This document shows, in pieces, positions 1 through 14,516 of a stretch of DNA of 64,000 bases (the first letter of the stretch is position 1; each line of letters starts with the position of its first letter). Below the pieces are notes generated by a model. It was not told the origin of the DNA. It saw only the letters and a list, made by a program, of their open reading frames with translations, and did no database searches. This DNA is from Cycas panzhihuaensis (lineage: Eukaryota; Plantae; Cycadophyta), in NCBI GenBank assembly GCA_023213395.1, contig CM041465.1:89349741-89413740 (forward strand), written 5' to 3'. Position numbers and translations under genes: made by a program.

Positions 1-877
1 AAATATTTTAAATTATTAGTTGAAGTCTACCGTTTTAGCCCCTAATGAGATGGACCTCGATCATATTAAGTAAAATGTGTTGAGTTAGCTTATGGCTTAT
101 TAAGGAGCATGATTAAAAAATAGGTTCCATATTTATAAAGGAGTTTTATGTGATCTTTTAATTGGGCATTATCACATGGTGATTTTTTGGCTCCTTGCAT
201 GGTGATCAAGATTTTTTGTATTTTGTTGGTGCTCTATGTAGCGATTAAAGGCCCTACAAACTTCATATTTTAATAAAATAAACGTGTGTTCTGTTAGAGT
301 TATTTAAAGCCTATATTATTATGTGTTTTTATGTAGATTTGTATTACTTTTCCCATTAAAATAAGTGAATGTTTTTTTCTTCCATTATAAAATGTTACCT
401 TAGAAGACCTATTATAACTATTAGAAATTAAAAATGTAATACATACAAGAAATATAATGGTGAGTTAAAGATATGATAATAAGCTCATAAAAGATGAAGT
501 TTGTACAATAAATAAATACCAGATATGAAGAATTGGCCAAAACTAAAATTAGAAAGAATAATAAGGTATATACTTCTATTACATGCTCACCATTAGTGAG
601 AGAACCTCATTGGTTAATCTAGAGGTGGAACACATCTCTATGTGGCCTACAACCTCCAATATAAAATATAAATAATGTAGAGAGAGATTACATGAGGATA
701 ATTATATAATTGGGTATTACACCCAATATTTTTCCCTTGTAATAGTCAATTACATAATGGATTGTCACATTAAATAATAAGTTTTGAGTTTTTGAATGAA
801 AGTTGAATCAAATATTTCTACAATAGTATAAAGAGCCACTTATATGCATATGAAGCAAAGTCCATCTACCATAATAC

Positions 878-1240
878 ATGGGTAACTAGCCACTGGAATC
901 ACCAATTGAGTAGGAACTACATTTGTATATATGGTTCAATTAACGCTAACAAGAATAGCTATAAAATAGTCCCACCCCTTGCTTATATAAGAATACAAAC
1001 AATCTTCAAATAAAAAATGCCAAGTCTTCAAATAAATTAAATCATAACCTATTATAATAGTATAATGAGCAACTAATGTCCATATGAATAGAACACCATC
1101 TACTAGAATGTATGGGTCACTAGTTGCTGTAACTGCTAGTTGAATAGAATGTTCCTTTATGTACATGGTTCTATTGGTGTTAATAAGAGTAGCTGTAAAA
1201 TGGTCCCACCCCTTACTTATATGGGAATGTAAGCAGTTTT
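878..1240. repeat. Diverged direct duplication, period ~233 bp, in the internal region of the 419-6504 element
   Basis: catgggtaactag...gtcccacccctt (878-980) recurs as tatgggtcactag...gtcccacccctt (1111-1214). Confidence 0.7.
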
Positions 1241-1984
1241 AAAAGGCCTCTATGGCTTCAACTTAGCTTATATCATGCCACCATGGGCTTACATCATACC
1301 TATATAGGCAAAAACACTAACAATAATATTAATACATGACTAGAAAGATTGATGTGACTCAAATATTACATGAATAACTCTCTCTCATAGAGTGAAGTTT
1401 AAAATGAAACTCAATGGGTTCTTTAGAGCCAAAAGAGTAGAGCTTAGTACATGTTATCCACCCCATTTAGGGTACAACATATCATGGAGCTTCGAAAATA
1501 CATATATGTGCTTGAAGAAGTTTAAAAAAATGAAGAAAAATATAAACTTATGATTTTGAGATAAAATTTCTACATAAAAATAGATCCAAATAGTATCAAA
1601 TGACCTGCCAAAAGAAATATCTCTCTATTATGAATCCAATGCAATAGATGAGACTAAAAAAAGAGCCTCTTAGTTTAAATTTTCATAAAAAATATGATAA
1701 TGACTCCATAAAAGGTAAAAATAGGGGTTTAACCCCTTTCGTTGGTAGCAGATGGTCATATAGGAGCCTCATGTAACCAAGGGCTAAATAGAAAGGGGGT
1801 TGACTTAACTCAAAATATTATCTAATTTACTTAAATCTAGCTTTGAAATTATAAAAAAATATTAACCTCATTACATAAAAAATAACATTTGTCAAATTAA
1901 AAAAATATATGCCAATTAATAATATATTAAAAAAATGAAGTTAACCATAATTTTAAGGTTTTGCCATAATGTTTATACTCAACC

Positions 1985-4900
1985 TGTTGAGAAGATAAGG
2001 TCCCAAGAACTTGAAACTGCCACCAAGATCTAAACTATTTTGCAACTAGTTATAGGAATCAAAATTAAAATTTAACATGCAAGTTCTTAAACTAGAGATA
2101 ATATAATAATAATAATAAAAAAAGGCAAGCATCACATATACACCTGATATAACGTAGTAAAACCCTAACAGTATGCTAGGGAAACATCCACATAATAAAG
2201 GTATCGATCTTTATTATCAAAGAATGGATAAATATACATAATCTGTAGCAGAATGCTGACACCAACAATAACCAGCTGCCCAACTCCTCACAGTACATCC
2301 AATACATCAAACACCATCAACATAATAAAAAAACACCCTAAATTAGGCTATATGAGATAGTCATATAAGGCACAAATCTCGACCATAGAATCTAGGGTAT
2401 TTTTAGTGAACAACCTTGATTCTCTTTACAATTTAGTATGCTTTTCAGTGCTAGCTTTTTGGGTTGAGGGCTATCGCCCCTGAACCCCCTCTTTGTAGGG
2501 GGCGTTCCAACACCCTGTGCCTCACCCGCCTTTGGAACCCCTTGGAAGTTTGGGGAACTGCGCTACCAACTTGTCAAAATTTTAGCCTCCAAAACATTGC
2601 TATCACATTATCTAACAATCTTCACTTTGATAATAATTTACCTGATACCTTTCCTAGACTATTCATCACCTTTTCTATAAGCTAAGAGAAGTCAAACACC
2701 ATTTGAACTTCTCTAATAGTACTGGTTTTATGAGCATATCAATACAATTCTATTTTGTGTTAACCTTCTTAAGTGCCACTCCACCTGCTTCCACAACTTG
2801 TCTAACAAAATAGTACTTAAGAGCAATATGCTTTGTCCTACTATGATAAGCTGGATTCTTTACTAAGTAAATGGCACTTTGATTGTCATAAAATACCTTT
2901 ACCTTTTCCTGTTTCCTTCCAAGCTCAACCAATAGACCCTATAACCAGATTCCTTCTTTACAAGCATATGTTACAACAATATATTCAACTTCTGTAGTCA
3001 ATAACGTAATTGTGCTCTATAATTTTGACATCCAACTAACTCGACCATTTGTAAGAGTAAATACATAAATTGAAGTAGACCTTCTCTTATCTAAATCTCC
3101 TACAAAGTTTGAATCAACATATCCATAAACTTGATTATCTGTACCTCCAAAGGTGATGTAATAATCACTTATACCTTTGAAATACTGAAGCACCCATTTC
3201 ACTATTGCCCAATGTTCTTTTCTTGGATTTGCCATAAACCTACTAACTACACAGACTGCATGTGAAGTGTCAAGTCTTGTATATACCATGACATACGTCA
3301 AACTTCCTATTATACTTGCATAAGGCATATGAGACATATAATCCTTTTCTTCTTCATTACTAGGACTCATACTTAAAGAAAGCTTGAAATGGGAAGCCAA
3401 TGGGATACTCACTAGTTTCACATTTCCTATACCAAACCTGGTTAGCACCTTCTCCATATATTTTTGCTATGATAATCATAGCTTACTATTTTCCTTATCT
3501 TTATGTATCTCCATACCTAAGATTTATTTTGTAGCTCTTAGATCCTTCATATCAAAAGTCCTAGCCAATTGAGCCTTTAACTTATTGATTTTTGCCATGC
3601 TCTTACTTACAACTAGCATGTCATCAACATATAATACCAAGATAATGAATAAGCCATTGTCTAAGAATTTAAAGTAAACATAATGATCATACTCACTTCT
3701 TTTAAAATTTTGGCTCTCCATGAAGGTATCAATCTTCTTGTACCATTGCCTACGTGATTGCTTTAGGCTATACAATAATTTCTTGAGCCTGCAAACAAGT
3801 CTTTTCCTACCATTCTATATAAACCCTTCTTGTTGATTCATATAGATCTCCTCATCTAAATCTCCATGTAGAAAGGTTATTTTTACATTTAATTGCTCCA
3901 ACTCCAAATTAAGGGAAGCTACCAATGCTAACAAAACTTAAATTAAAATAAGTTTGACAATTGGTGAAAAGATCTTATGAAAGTCAACACCTGCTTTCTA
4001 TGCAAAGCCTTTAGCCACTAATCTTGCCCTATATTTGTCAACCTTTCCATCAACATCTATTTTCTTCTTAAAAACCCACCTGAAACCAACAGTTTTCTTG
4101 CCATGTCAAAGTTATACCAAGTCCCAAGAATTAATTTTCTTCAAAGCATCTATCTCTTCTTACATAGCCCTCTTCCACTTCTCACTATGGATATCATCTA
4201 CTACTTCCTAATAGAATGTAGGCTCACCATCATTAGAAACCAAAGCAATAGAAATAGAAGGGATATACCTATCAGATGGATGACTTACTCGTGTAGACCT
4301 TCTAACAGTTGGTGGAGGAGTGTCCACATACTTCTGTAAGTATGTTATAAATTCATCTTCAGAAAGATCTTCTTACTCTTCTATTTCCAAAGATGGCTGG
4401 GTCTCAAGCTTGACCTATTGAGGTTCAACTTTTTACTCCTATTTCATTTCAAATTCAACACTGTCTAATTTTAGAAAGGGAGATTTATCAAATACAACAT
4501 CTCTGTTAATAGTAATTTTGTGGGTAGTAGGATCCCATAACCTATATCCCTTCACACCATCTCTATCACCATAACCAACAAACATACATCTCTTCGATTT
4601 TGGCTCTAACTTTGAACATTGACTTTTATCAGTTAAGGCATAAGCATCACAACCAAAAACTTTTAAATTTGAATAGTCACATGGATGTCCAGTCTATACC
4701 TCTTCAGGAATCTTACAATCTATTGCAAGTGATGGTGACCTATTTACCAAATAGTAAGCTATTTGAATAGCTTCTGCCCATAAGACTTGCTCCACTCCTG
4801 CATTACTTATCATGCTTATTTCTCTTTCCAAGAGTGTCCTATTCATGCACTCAATTATGCCATTTTGCTGTGAAGCATAGCTAGTGGTCTTATGCCTTTC

Positions 4901-5178
4901 AATCCTAGCTTCTCTATAATAGTTCTCAAACTCTAAGGAGTTGAACTCACCTTTATTGTTAGTTCTTAAACATTTGATTGACTTGCTAGTACTCTTCTCA
5001 ACTAGAGCCTTAAACTACTTAAATACACTGAACACTTCATATTTCCTTTTTAAAAAATAGACCCATACCTTTCTGGAGTAATCATCCATAAATGTGACAA
5101 AGTATAATGATCCTCCATAAGATATTATAGGGGCTAGTCCCCAAACATCTGAATGTACATAATCTAGAACACCTTTAC
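1985..5178 (-). mobile_element. 5'-truncated Tnt1/Tork-like Copia (3' LTR 1985-2617 plus pol) nested in the 419-6504 element
   Basis: TG...CA-bounded LTR 1985-2617 followed by PPT-like rc tcttcactttga; pol to its right stops at the integrase start (KGVLDYVHSDVWG) at ~5178. Confidence 0.85.
2683..5178 (-). pseudogene. pol: Copia pol pseudogene: integrase, RT, RNase H
   Basis: ORF fragments ILVLYVDDML (RT), GYVDSNFVGDLDKRRSTS and DNQSAIYLVKNPAYHSRTKHI (RNase H), FVTFMDDYSRKVWVYFLK (integrase); many stop codons. Confidence 0.95.
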
Positions 5179-5979
5179 AGAGTAGGAGGCCTAATTAGAG
5201 ATATGGAGCATATAATTTATTTATTTATTTGATACAAAAAAACATAGGCCAAGTATTAAAGGCCATAAATACAAATTATTTTTGAATTTTTTTTCAATAT
5301 AGTAATAACATAAGGAGATTACATAAGGGTAGAAAAATATTTTTGACCTTATTCACTTGTAAATCTATAAATCCTATTGAAATAGAGTCACTCCTAGCCT
5401 TTTAATAGTAAGAAGGGACTCTTTCAATTACTATGAACAATTCTTATTGCAATTTATCCATTGAGATAAAAAGGAGATAGTTACATAGAAATTGGAATTT
5501 TCATAAAGGAATTTCTGTGGACTTCACCATGAAGAACCTACATGTAATATTATTTTGGTGCTATATGCATATGAAATGTCCACTTGAGTAGCTTAAGGAT
5601 TCAAAACAACTACAAATATCCTCAAAATAACACCTAAAAATATTGATAATAGTCCCATAAGAAAATGTGTATAAGATGGCTTCACATAACTTGAGGTGAT
5701 CCTTCAAGATTAGGTCACAAAGCATGTACAACAAAAAATTTATAAGGCTTGTAAAACATCAAAGGATAACATGTACATGGCTCTATAATAATGCCTTTAA
5801 GGATTCAACCTTGGCCTCTGATACCATGTTAAAAATTAAAAATGTAATACATACAAGAAATGCAATATTGAGTTAAACATATAACAATAACAGATGAAGT
5901 ATATACAACAAATGAATCTAGATATAGAGAATTAGCCAAAACTCAAATTAGAAAGAATGATAGGGTACATACTTATAGT

Positions 5980-6351
5980 TGTGTGCCAAAACCAAACTCT
6001 CATAAGGAAATAAGCATAGGAAATCAACTAATTACAATCATAACTAAGTACAAGACATATACATGGGAGCACACGAACCATCATCATTACATTATGATGG
6101 GTCGCTCTGGTTCTCTCATAACTAGAGGTGACCCAAAATAGTACACATATAAATGGAACTTTACAACAGACATAGAATTGTAGTTAACCTCATTCTATGT
6201 GACAACAACTAGAGTACTACAACTCTTTCTAGAAAAATCTCTCTCCCTCTACATTCTTTACATCGTGATATTTATATTTACTATGATTCCATGTTAGTTG
6301 TAACTATCACAAATACAAATAAAAAGAGTTGCAACTTAATTACCACACATA
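5980..6351. mobile_element. Solo LTR inserted inside the 5' LTR of the 419-6504 element
   Basis: 372 bp absent from the partner LTR (419-728); ends tgtgtg...cacata; TSD ATAGT at 5975-5979 and 6352-6356. Confidence 0.85.
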
Positions 6352-6855
6352 ATAGTACATTCTCACCATTAGTGAGAGAACCTCATTAGTCAATCTAGAG
6401 GTGGCACATATCTCTATATATCCCACAACCTCAAATATAAAATATAAATAATGTAGACAGAGATTACATGAGGATAATTATATAATTGGGTATTACACCC
6501 AACAATAACTTCAACAAACCATGTCATGTTAGGAAAAAATATAGTATGTTATAGGTTAGTTAACAGTAGCATAAGGACAATCATCATAATAGAATTGATT
6601 AATAGAATATGGTAGTAAATAAAAAAGGGTTAAGTGATGTTTGGTACTTTGACTTAAGAGTTTCTAACACATGATAGGTAGGCTTCACTAGTTTAGGCAC
6701 ATGTGGGAAGCAATATAGCATATTATAACTTTAGGAGACAATAATATATTAACTATTAAGAGCATAGAGAGGATCCCATTTATAGCTTTAAATGAAGTAG
6801 ATTATCACATTGATAATGTATTATATTCATTAGGATTAAAGAATAATCTGATATC

Positions 6856-8763
6856 GATGTTAGAAGGTATTTAGAAAAGATTTCTTTGGTCTAGCACAGA
6901 GGACAAGGATAGATTCCATCTGGTTTCCTGGGACAAGGTTTGTAGGCCCATGTGGATGGGAGGGCTTAATATCAGAAGAATGGGGATGCTTAATAGGGCT
7001 CTGGTGGCTAAACTTGGGTGGAAACTAGTGAAAGATGATGGTGCCCAGTGGAGAAATATTATAGATAAAAAGTACTTTGGGGGGGGGGGGGGGGGGAGGC
7101 ACTTTTTGAAAGATGAGGTGGGGGAAGTTTTTGGATTCTCCATTTGGGAGGGTTGGTTCATGGGAGACCCATTTTAATAAATGGTATGAGATGGAAGCTA
7201 GGGGATGGGGAAAGCATCAGGTTCTGGGAGGATAAATGGTGTGGAAACTACAAATTGAAAGATAGACCATCCATTGGTAATCTATAGGGCATTTGTGAAG
7301 GTGCTTTTAGGACTACTGGGAGGTCTAAGGCAAAGATAGAGTATGGAGATCCTTTAAGGAGATACAAGGGGCCCAAGAGGGGAGGGAGGGCCGGGGGGGG
7401 GGGAAGTATTCATATTCTTAAGAGTAAGTTGATTCATTGATATATTCCCAAAAGGCCAATGGATGATACAATTATTTGGTCTCACTCTTTCTCTAGGATG
7501 TACTCTGTAAAGGAAGCTTATCAAATTATTTGCATGGAGGAGGGGTTTGGCAAGAACCTGCTATTGGTTGGGGTATGGAAGCTAGGGATTATTCCTAAGG
7601 TGGTAGTCTTTTGGTGGCTCTATTTACAAAATAAGATATTGACAATTGATAATCTTTATAGGCAAGGCTTAGCCATGCCAAATAGATGTGTGCTGTGTAA
7701 GAGTGATGAGGAGTCACTAGATCATATCAGTATTCATTGCATCTTCTCCAGGGGTGTTTGGGAATTTCTTTAGTCCAACCTTGGGATAGAATGGGTGGGG
7801 CCTAGGACATCGCTAAACCAATGGATGTTATGGAAATCTCCCTTTAGGAGCAAGATGTTAGGACTTCTATGGAAACTAATTGTGCCCATAGTAGTCTGGA
7901 ATATTTGGAAGGAACATAATAGAAGAATTTTCCAAGGGAGAGAGATGGATGAACCTAGGCTCTATGAGATGATTTATATAGTGATAGTAGAAATGCTTAA
8001 ACCCTTAGATGGGGAAATGGTCTCGAAAGAGGAGGAAGGCATCATGGATGGTTGGGGGATTAGAAGACCTAAGATCACTAGGGAAAAAAGGAGAAAGTGT
8101 TCTTAGCAGGCGCCTAGTGAGAACTGGGTCAAAATAAATTTTGATGGGGTGTCAAAATACAACCTAGGTGAAGCTGGTGGGGGAGGTCTATGTAGAAACC
8201 CAAATGGTATGATAAGATGGGCCTTTATAGAGTATTATGGCTAACAATCAAACCATAGTGCTAAACTAAAAGCTATGTAGAAAGCTGTAGCTATGGCTGA
8301 TGAGGATAATAGTAATAAGGTAATAATAGAAGGTGATTCTATGAATGTGATTAGGATCCTCAAGGGCGAGACAGAGGCCAATTGGTACAAAGTGGACATG
8401 GTGAGGGATGCTCAAGATATTCTAAGATCTAAACAGAGTTCCCAGATTTGGCATACGTAGAGGGAGGGTAATACAGCTACAGATTGGCTTGCCAATTAGG
8501 TAGTTCAAAATAAGAGAATGATGGTTTAGAAAAAGAACTTCTTAGAGGAGCTTCTGGGTCTGGTTAGAATGGATGTATTAGCCCAGAGTTGGGAGAGATA
8601 GCTATCAGGCCTATCATGGCACTCTATGTTAGTGTGGGGGTTGAGTTATATTAGGCCATAAGCATGTCGTGGCTATTCTGTTCCATAGCCGAAGGGCTGC
8701 TATTATAAAAATTTTGGGGACCTATCAAAACCCCTTCTAATTGTTTACCAAAAAAAAAAGAAA
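6856..8763 (+). mobile_element. 5'-truncated plant L1 LINE (ORF2 C-terminal part with zf-RVT and RNase H), inserted into the host Copia protease region
   Basis: FLW..HLVSWDKVCRP..GGL motif; zf-RVT (PKVVVFWW..CVLC..ESLDHISIHC); RNase H (WVKINFDG..IEGDS..REGN..DWLAN) at ~8105-8510; poly(A) 8750-8766; TSD aaagaataatct(g/a)atatc at 6838-6855 and 8764-8781. Confidence 0.93.
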
Positions 8764-11700
8764 AAAGAATAATCTAATATCAATTAGTTAGATTAGTAAT
8801 AATAAAATAGATGTTCTTTTTTAGGATGGAAAGACCACTATTAATAATTATAAAAGGAAAATGGTCACTAAAGGTATAAGAGAAGGTGGTCCTTATAGGC
8901 TCTTAGGTAATCTTATAAGCCAAAGAGCATTAACTATTGGTGTGTCAAGTAAAATTTAGTTGTGGCATGCAAGATTGGGGCATTTATGCTTCCTTGGTCT
9001 ACGCTTAATGAATAAACTAAATATAGTGCATGATAAAAGGGCATCTATGAACTCTACATATTTAGGAAGCAACAAAGAGAGAAATTTCCTAAAGGTAAGG
9101 CTTGGAGGATGGCTGAAAATTTGAGCATATTCTACTTACATATTTATGGTCCTATGCCAACTACTTCACTCAGAGGTGCAAGGTATTTCTTGACCTTTAT
9201 TAATTATTTATTTAGGAGGGTTTGGGTATATCCCATAAAGGAGAAATTAGGTATTCTTTATCTTCAAGGAATTTAAAGTGAAGGTGGAGAATCAAAGTGT
9301 CTAAATGGTAAAGATACTCAAATAAGATAATAAGGGAGAATACATCTCCAATGTCTTTATCTAATTTTGTAAGGACTATGGCATTAATAGGTAGTTAACA
9401 ACAATATACAATCCACAATAGAATAGTATAGATGAGAGGATGAATAAGACATTTGTCAAAAAGGCCAAGTCAATGATGAAGGAAAATAATCTCTTAAACC
9501 TTTTTGGGCTAAATTTATTTATGTAATAGTGTTCCTAACTAACAAGAGTGTTATGAAAATTGTATGGAATAAAACACTTGAAGAATCATGGTCAAGACAT
9601 AAATCTCTAATGAGTCATTTGAGAATCTTTAGAAGCATGACACATATGCATGTTCCTAAATAGAAATATTAGAAATTTGATGATAAAAGTTCTAAATATA
9701 TCCTTGTGAGATATAGTGAAGAAAGTAAATCATACTAGGTATATAAGTTGGCAACAAAAAAGGTTAATATAACTTAGGATGCCATCTTTAAACAAATAAA
9801 AAAATAGGTTATAGATTGGGACATCATCTTCAAAGAGGTTGATAAATAGGTTACATATTAGGACAAGGACTTGGATAATTTGAAGATTTAGTAATACAAA
9901 GGGAAGCATATTGAGGAATAACTTAAGTGTGGTTCATCTAGATAATAGCTTGTTGAGCCAAAGACTAAGTCAAAGAAGGAGGAGTATGAAGATGCTTAGG
10001 AAACACAACTAGAAATGTAGCCCAAGGTCACTCCACTTGTAAAAAATTTCCTAAATGGTACTTGAAAATTATTGTAAAAACTTAGTTACTTGATACAAAT
10101 AGAAAATAGAAGTTGAGGATGAGACTTGATATGGTCAATATTGCTTTAATGGTAAATGTGTTGAATGTAGAGGAGCCTTTTAGTTTTGATAAGGCCTACT
10201 AGGATAAGGTTGAAAGCTTGGTTGATTTACTAATAAGCTATCTAGAGACAAGTTTAACAAATTTAGATATTATATTGACACTAACAATAATTAGATAATA
10301 TATTCACCAAACCTTTACCTAAATACAAGATTGATAAATTTAGATCTTGTATCAACATTAAAGCTAATGATGTGAGCATTAAGGGGGAGTGTTAAAATTT
10401 ATATTCATATAGGACATAGTTGGGTTAGTGAAGTGTTAAGTCATCAATAGGATGATGACATGCATTAGGAGTTATATAAATTATTAATTGACTTGTGACA
10501 TATGTCAGGGTAGTTACAAGTTCTAGATTAGACTTTTACCATTCTAACTTGTATTTATATATGTATAGAGTTATATTATATCATTGCATTAAGTCATTCT
10601 TAATTAATAATAATCATTATTGAAGGAAGACTAATTCTACTGGATTAAACTAGTCTTATTATGTTTAATATTAGATTAATTTTGATTGTTAAATTTATAT
10701 AGATAGTCCTTTATTATTTATCATATTGAACTAGTGACATAGGGCATTCTCTTATGTATTAGGATGCTTGATGCTTATGCTTTCTAAGTTTGAAGGTTTC
10801 TCTACACGTTACACATTGTTGACCTTGCTAATTTTGTATTTTCATATTATCCTTAGGTTTAGTTGCACAATTATGCATCATGGAATCCTTTAGCATTGGC
10901 CTTTATAGTCTTTTACCTAATTATCTATCCTTGTAATTATTAGTAGTATGATATATTCAACTTTTCTTAACCATTTATGGCTCATTTCTACTTTACATAT
11001 AACTCTCACTTTTGTACTTTATGCATCTAACTTTGCCTACTTACTTTAACCTATATTATCAAGTAATATCTTTGTATCACCTTGATATTACTCTTGTTGG
11101 ATTTTATCACCACTTCCTACCTTTATTATATTTGAATATCATTGATATATCAATTATAATATCATTGTGAGTATGATTTTCTTTGTTTTATGCTTGTTAC
11201 CTAATCCTTTAAATTTTCATTCACTTTGCATTTAGTATACATACAAGTCTTTCTAAATTTTTCTTTTCCTTGGTTTACTTAATTCTATCCTTTGAAGGTT
11301 GATTGATTCACCACTATATATTCTTATTCCCAGTGCTCTTCCTAATTTTATGCTCCTTGTTTTAAGTGTCAAAAGTACTTTTAGTACTTAAGCCTAATTA
11401 TCCTCATGAACCATATGCAGAGCATGAGGTTGGTTAGCCACTCTCATGGAAAAATCATCACTATGCATATCATTAAGATATTTGCTTTCTTTACTAATGA
11501 TAATTATAGGTTGTACTTATTCCATCTTCCAAATATTCTTTATACCTATTTGGAATTTGGGGTTAGGGGTCTTCTATACTAAGTGTAATAGTGACTAAAT
11601 TAGTTACCATTATGAGGGTTACTTTCTCTAGGGAAGAGGGTATAATACCACTTGATGTTATCTCATGAGTGAATTATGAGGATAAAGACCACTTAATTTA

Positions 11701-11989
11701 AATGCTATTAATCATAATTAGGTATTGTCACTTATTCATCAACTAAATTGGGCTTCCTATTTAACCAATTGAAAATCAAGTCTTGTTTATTTGATTAGGG
11801 GTTTATTGTATTTAGATAGCCTCCATCTATTTTTACTGAGGTTGAATGTTCTATACGTAAACCATCATCTTTTATAGCCTTATTTTGTTCAATGTTAATT
11901 ATAATAGGTTAAAGACCTATTATTTGTAAGTATTAACTTCTTTCATAGATTTAGTATAGCTTTTAATCAAACAAAATAAACAAATTAAA

Positions 11990-12470
11990 ATGCCATAATG
12001 AAAACCTAATAATTAGACCAAAGAAATTTAATGAAAGCTCATGAGAGATATTATATTTTATTTATTTGTATTGATAATTTTTATCATTATAATGTAGTAT
12101 ATTCATATATAAATATATACATTTATTCATGGTATTTTAATATTTTTACCTTTTCATACTTATCATGACTCCCACCTATATTCAAATTAATTATAACTGG
12201 ATCATACTATGGGCTATAAAGATCACAATAGGCCTTCCCTTTTTGAAATGTTTTTCCCTTAAAGCTTAGGGAGAGTAGGAAATTACTAGTAGAAGCTCTT
12301 AGATTCCCATGTGATGTCCTCATTTGGTAGATTCTTTAATTTATTTAAGTATTTATTTGTTATATAATAATGTAGTTATTTTCTTAATTTTGTCAAAATA
12401 GCCTTTGGGACTTAAATTGATTGCCATTCATGATTAAATTCTAGGATCATTATTTAAGGAGTAGCATGGG
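11990..12470 (-). mobile_element. 3' end of a chromovirus-type Gypsy (chromodomain, PPT, probable LTR)
   Basis: rc of ~12235-12355 reads KYLNKLKNLPNEDITWE..FPTL, the chromodomain consensus, followed by a purine tract; LTR limits approximate. Confidence 0.6.
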
Positions 12471-14516
12471 TGTTAATTTTAAGTTTGACATTGGATACAT
12501 AGAAAACATTATGGATCCATGCTTAAGGCATACATGATTGGATCAATACATTTTATAATATAGAAGGGACTATAAAATATAGATGCAAGTTTCTCTTTAC
12601 TAAACGCCTTCAATAAAGATTATTTATAGGAATGGAAATGGACAAAGACTCAATCTCCTATATTAAAGTGACACCCAAATTGATGACTATCAACTTGTTA
12701 TTCATATGATTTTGGACTTGATAGGGATTTACATTAAGTGCTTATAGAATTAGATGCATTTATTATTAGAGTTGTTTGACTACTAGAACCCTTAAGGATG
12801 ATTAGAAAGACTAGACATCTGGGGGTGGATACCCATAAAATGTCAAAAATGGTGGTATTTTTATGGTTGAGTGGTAATATGGGTTAAAATAGTATTCAAC
12901 AAGATGCACTTATTATACTTAAAGAGATTATTTATCACCTATAAAATAATGAAGATAAGACTCAAGACATTTGTTGATAACTTTAGTCTAGACATCTCTC
13001 TAGGGATGATATAATATACTTATTTATAATTGTGTGCATATTAGATGAAAAAATTTAGATAGAAAATGACTAGAAAATTTTGGGTCTCTATTATTAATAA
13101 TAGTCTTAGGGTACCTATGCAAATTATAGATATGTTTCATTAAGAGATCAATGATTTATTATGCTAAAGATATGCTTATTAAGGGTATGAAGTACATGCA
13201 TTTGGTTAGGTGATCAACTACAACCAAAATGACATCTTTGCTTGTAGATGGTATATAATACTATAAATTCCACATTGATATCAATCCATTTTCTTATTGG
13301 AATAAGTAATGGCTATAAGAGACCAAGGGGCTTTACTATTTCTCCTTTCTTGCACTAGCAAATATCACAAGCTATGATAAAGTTCTGGACATCTTTCTTT
13401 TGACTGGTCTAATAAAATAATTCATAAATACTATCATATCTTCTTGAATCCTGAATGTCCAACTACTAGGGTGGAGTGCCCTTCTTAGAGGATAGAATAT
13501 TTGAGTATAGAAGTGTGGGGAAGGTAAACATGATTTTTATATAGAAGTGTTTTCCCATGAAGAGTCTAATTAAGTGGTCACTTTCTCCATAGGTATTCTT
13601 AGAGCTTTTCTTTAGTGACAAAGCTGTGATAATAGGCTATGTAGAATTAGTCAAGCTTGGTGTGAGTGCATATATTACTTGGCATGATTCCTATTTAAAC
13701 TTTTATTAGAGACTATTGGCCATTATGTTATTCTTACCTTTTTATTTATAATATTAATGTCAAAGTATTAGATCTTAGTAACCTATTTCTATTGTACCTC
13801 TAACAAGTTAGGCTACAATTGTAAATACCTAAGGCTATGATGGTTATTATGTATTATGAGCTTATTCTCAAGCAACTATTAATTCCATTTTACTAATGCA
13901 TATAGTATTGCTAGCATCTCTATATTTTAGGTTGAATATATTTAATCATGGGTGTTCAACTTATGACTCTACATGGTGTTGGGTTAGTTGTTTCACATAA
14001 GAACAACACTAATTCTAGATCTATATGCATCATAATGGAGCTTTAATGATTGAGAAAAATAGGCAGGGCTAGGACTAGATCTAACATGATAGCATTCTTT
14101 AGTCAGGAGAAGGCTTGTTTTCCTTATTCAATCCATCCAAAAGTATTCTTCTTGTATAAGTCCATGATGAGAGATATAATACATGAATAATGGTAAACAT
14201 ATATATGATAAAAGCCTATGATCTCCAAGAAGTCTTGAGGAGATTTAGTAGAGATTAAAGTAGGCTAGTCTAGAATGTCTTAAGCCTTATGAGGATCCAT
14301 GTACATACCTTCAACAAAAATAACATACCCCAAGTATTCCATGGTTTGCTTACCAAATTAACATTTAGATTTCTTAGAAAATAGGTTATTATACATAAAT
14401 GCACCAAAACCTTATCAAGATGATGTAAGTTCTATTGACAATTTTCACTATAGATAAGAATATCATTAAAAAACACCATGATGAATTTTTACATGAAGGG
14501 GTAAAATACTAGGACA

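Larger units (their letters stand above)
419..6504 (-). mobile_element. LTR element, apparently non-autonomous, with paired LTRs, inserted into the gag zinc knuckle of the host Copia
   Basis: LTRs 419-728 and 5827-6504; TSD ATAAC at 414-418 and 6505-6509; PBS TGGTATCAGAGG (rc 5815-5826, tRNA-iMet type); purine tract rc at ~729-738. Confidence 0.9.
1..10699 (+). mobile_element. Degenerate Ty1/Copia LTR retrotransposon (5' end outside window, RT deleted), host of nested insertions; same family as 36207-41839
   Basis: Zinc-knuckle region split by the 419-6504 insertion (..KTYYN|FNKPCHVRKKY matches CHNCKQLSHIRRDC of the 36207 copy); protease-like WYFD at ~6640; LWHARLGH at ~8960; integrase GPMPTTSLRGARYFLTF at ~9150; PPT aagggggag 10381-10389 followed by 3' LTR ~10390-10699 resembling the 41558-41839 LTR. 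Confidence 0.8.

Noticed and set aside
12500-14500. Possible degenerate Gypsy accessory ORF
   Set aside because: Too decayed to assign motifs or boundaries by eye.
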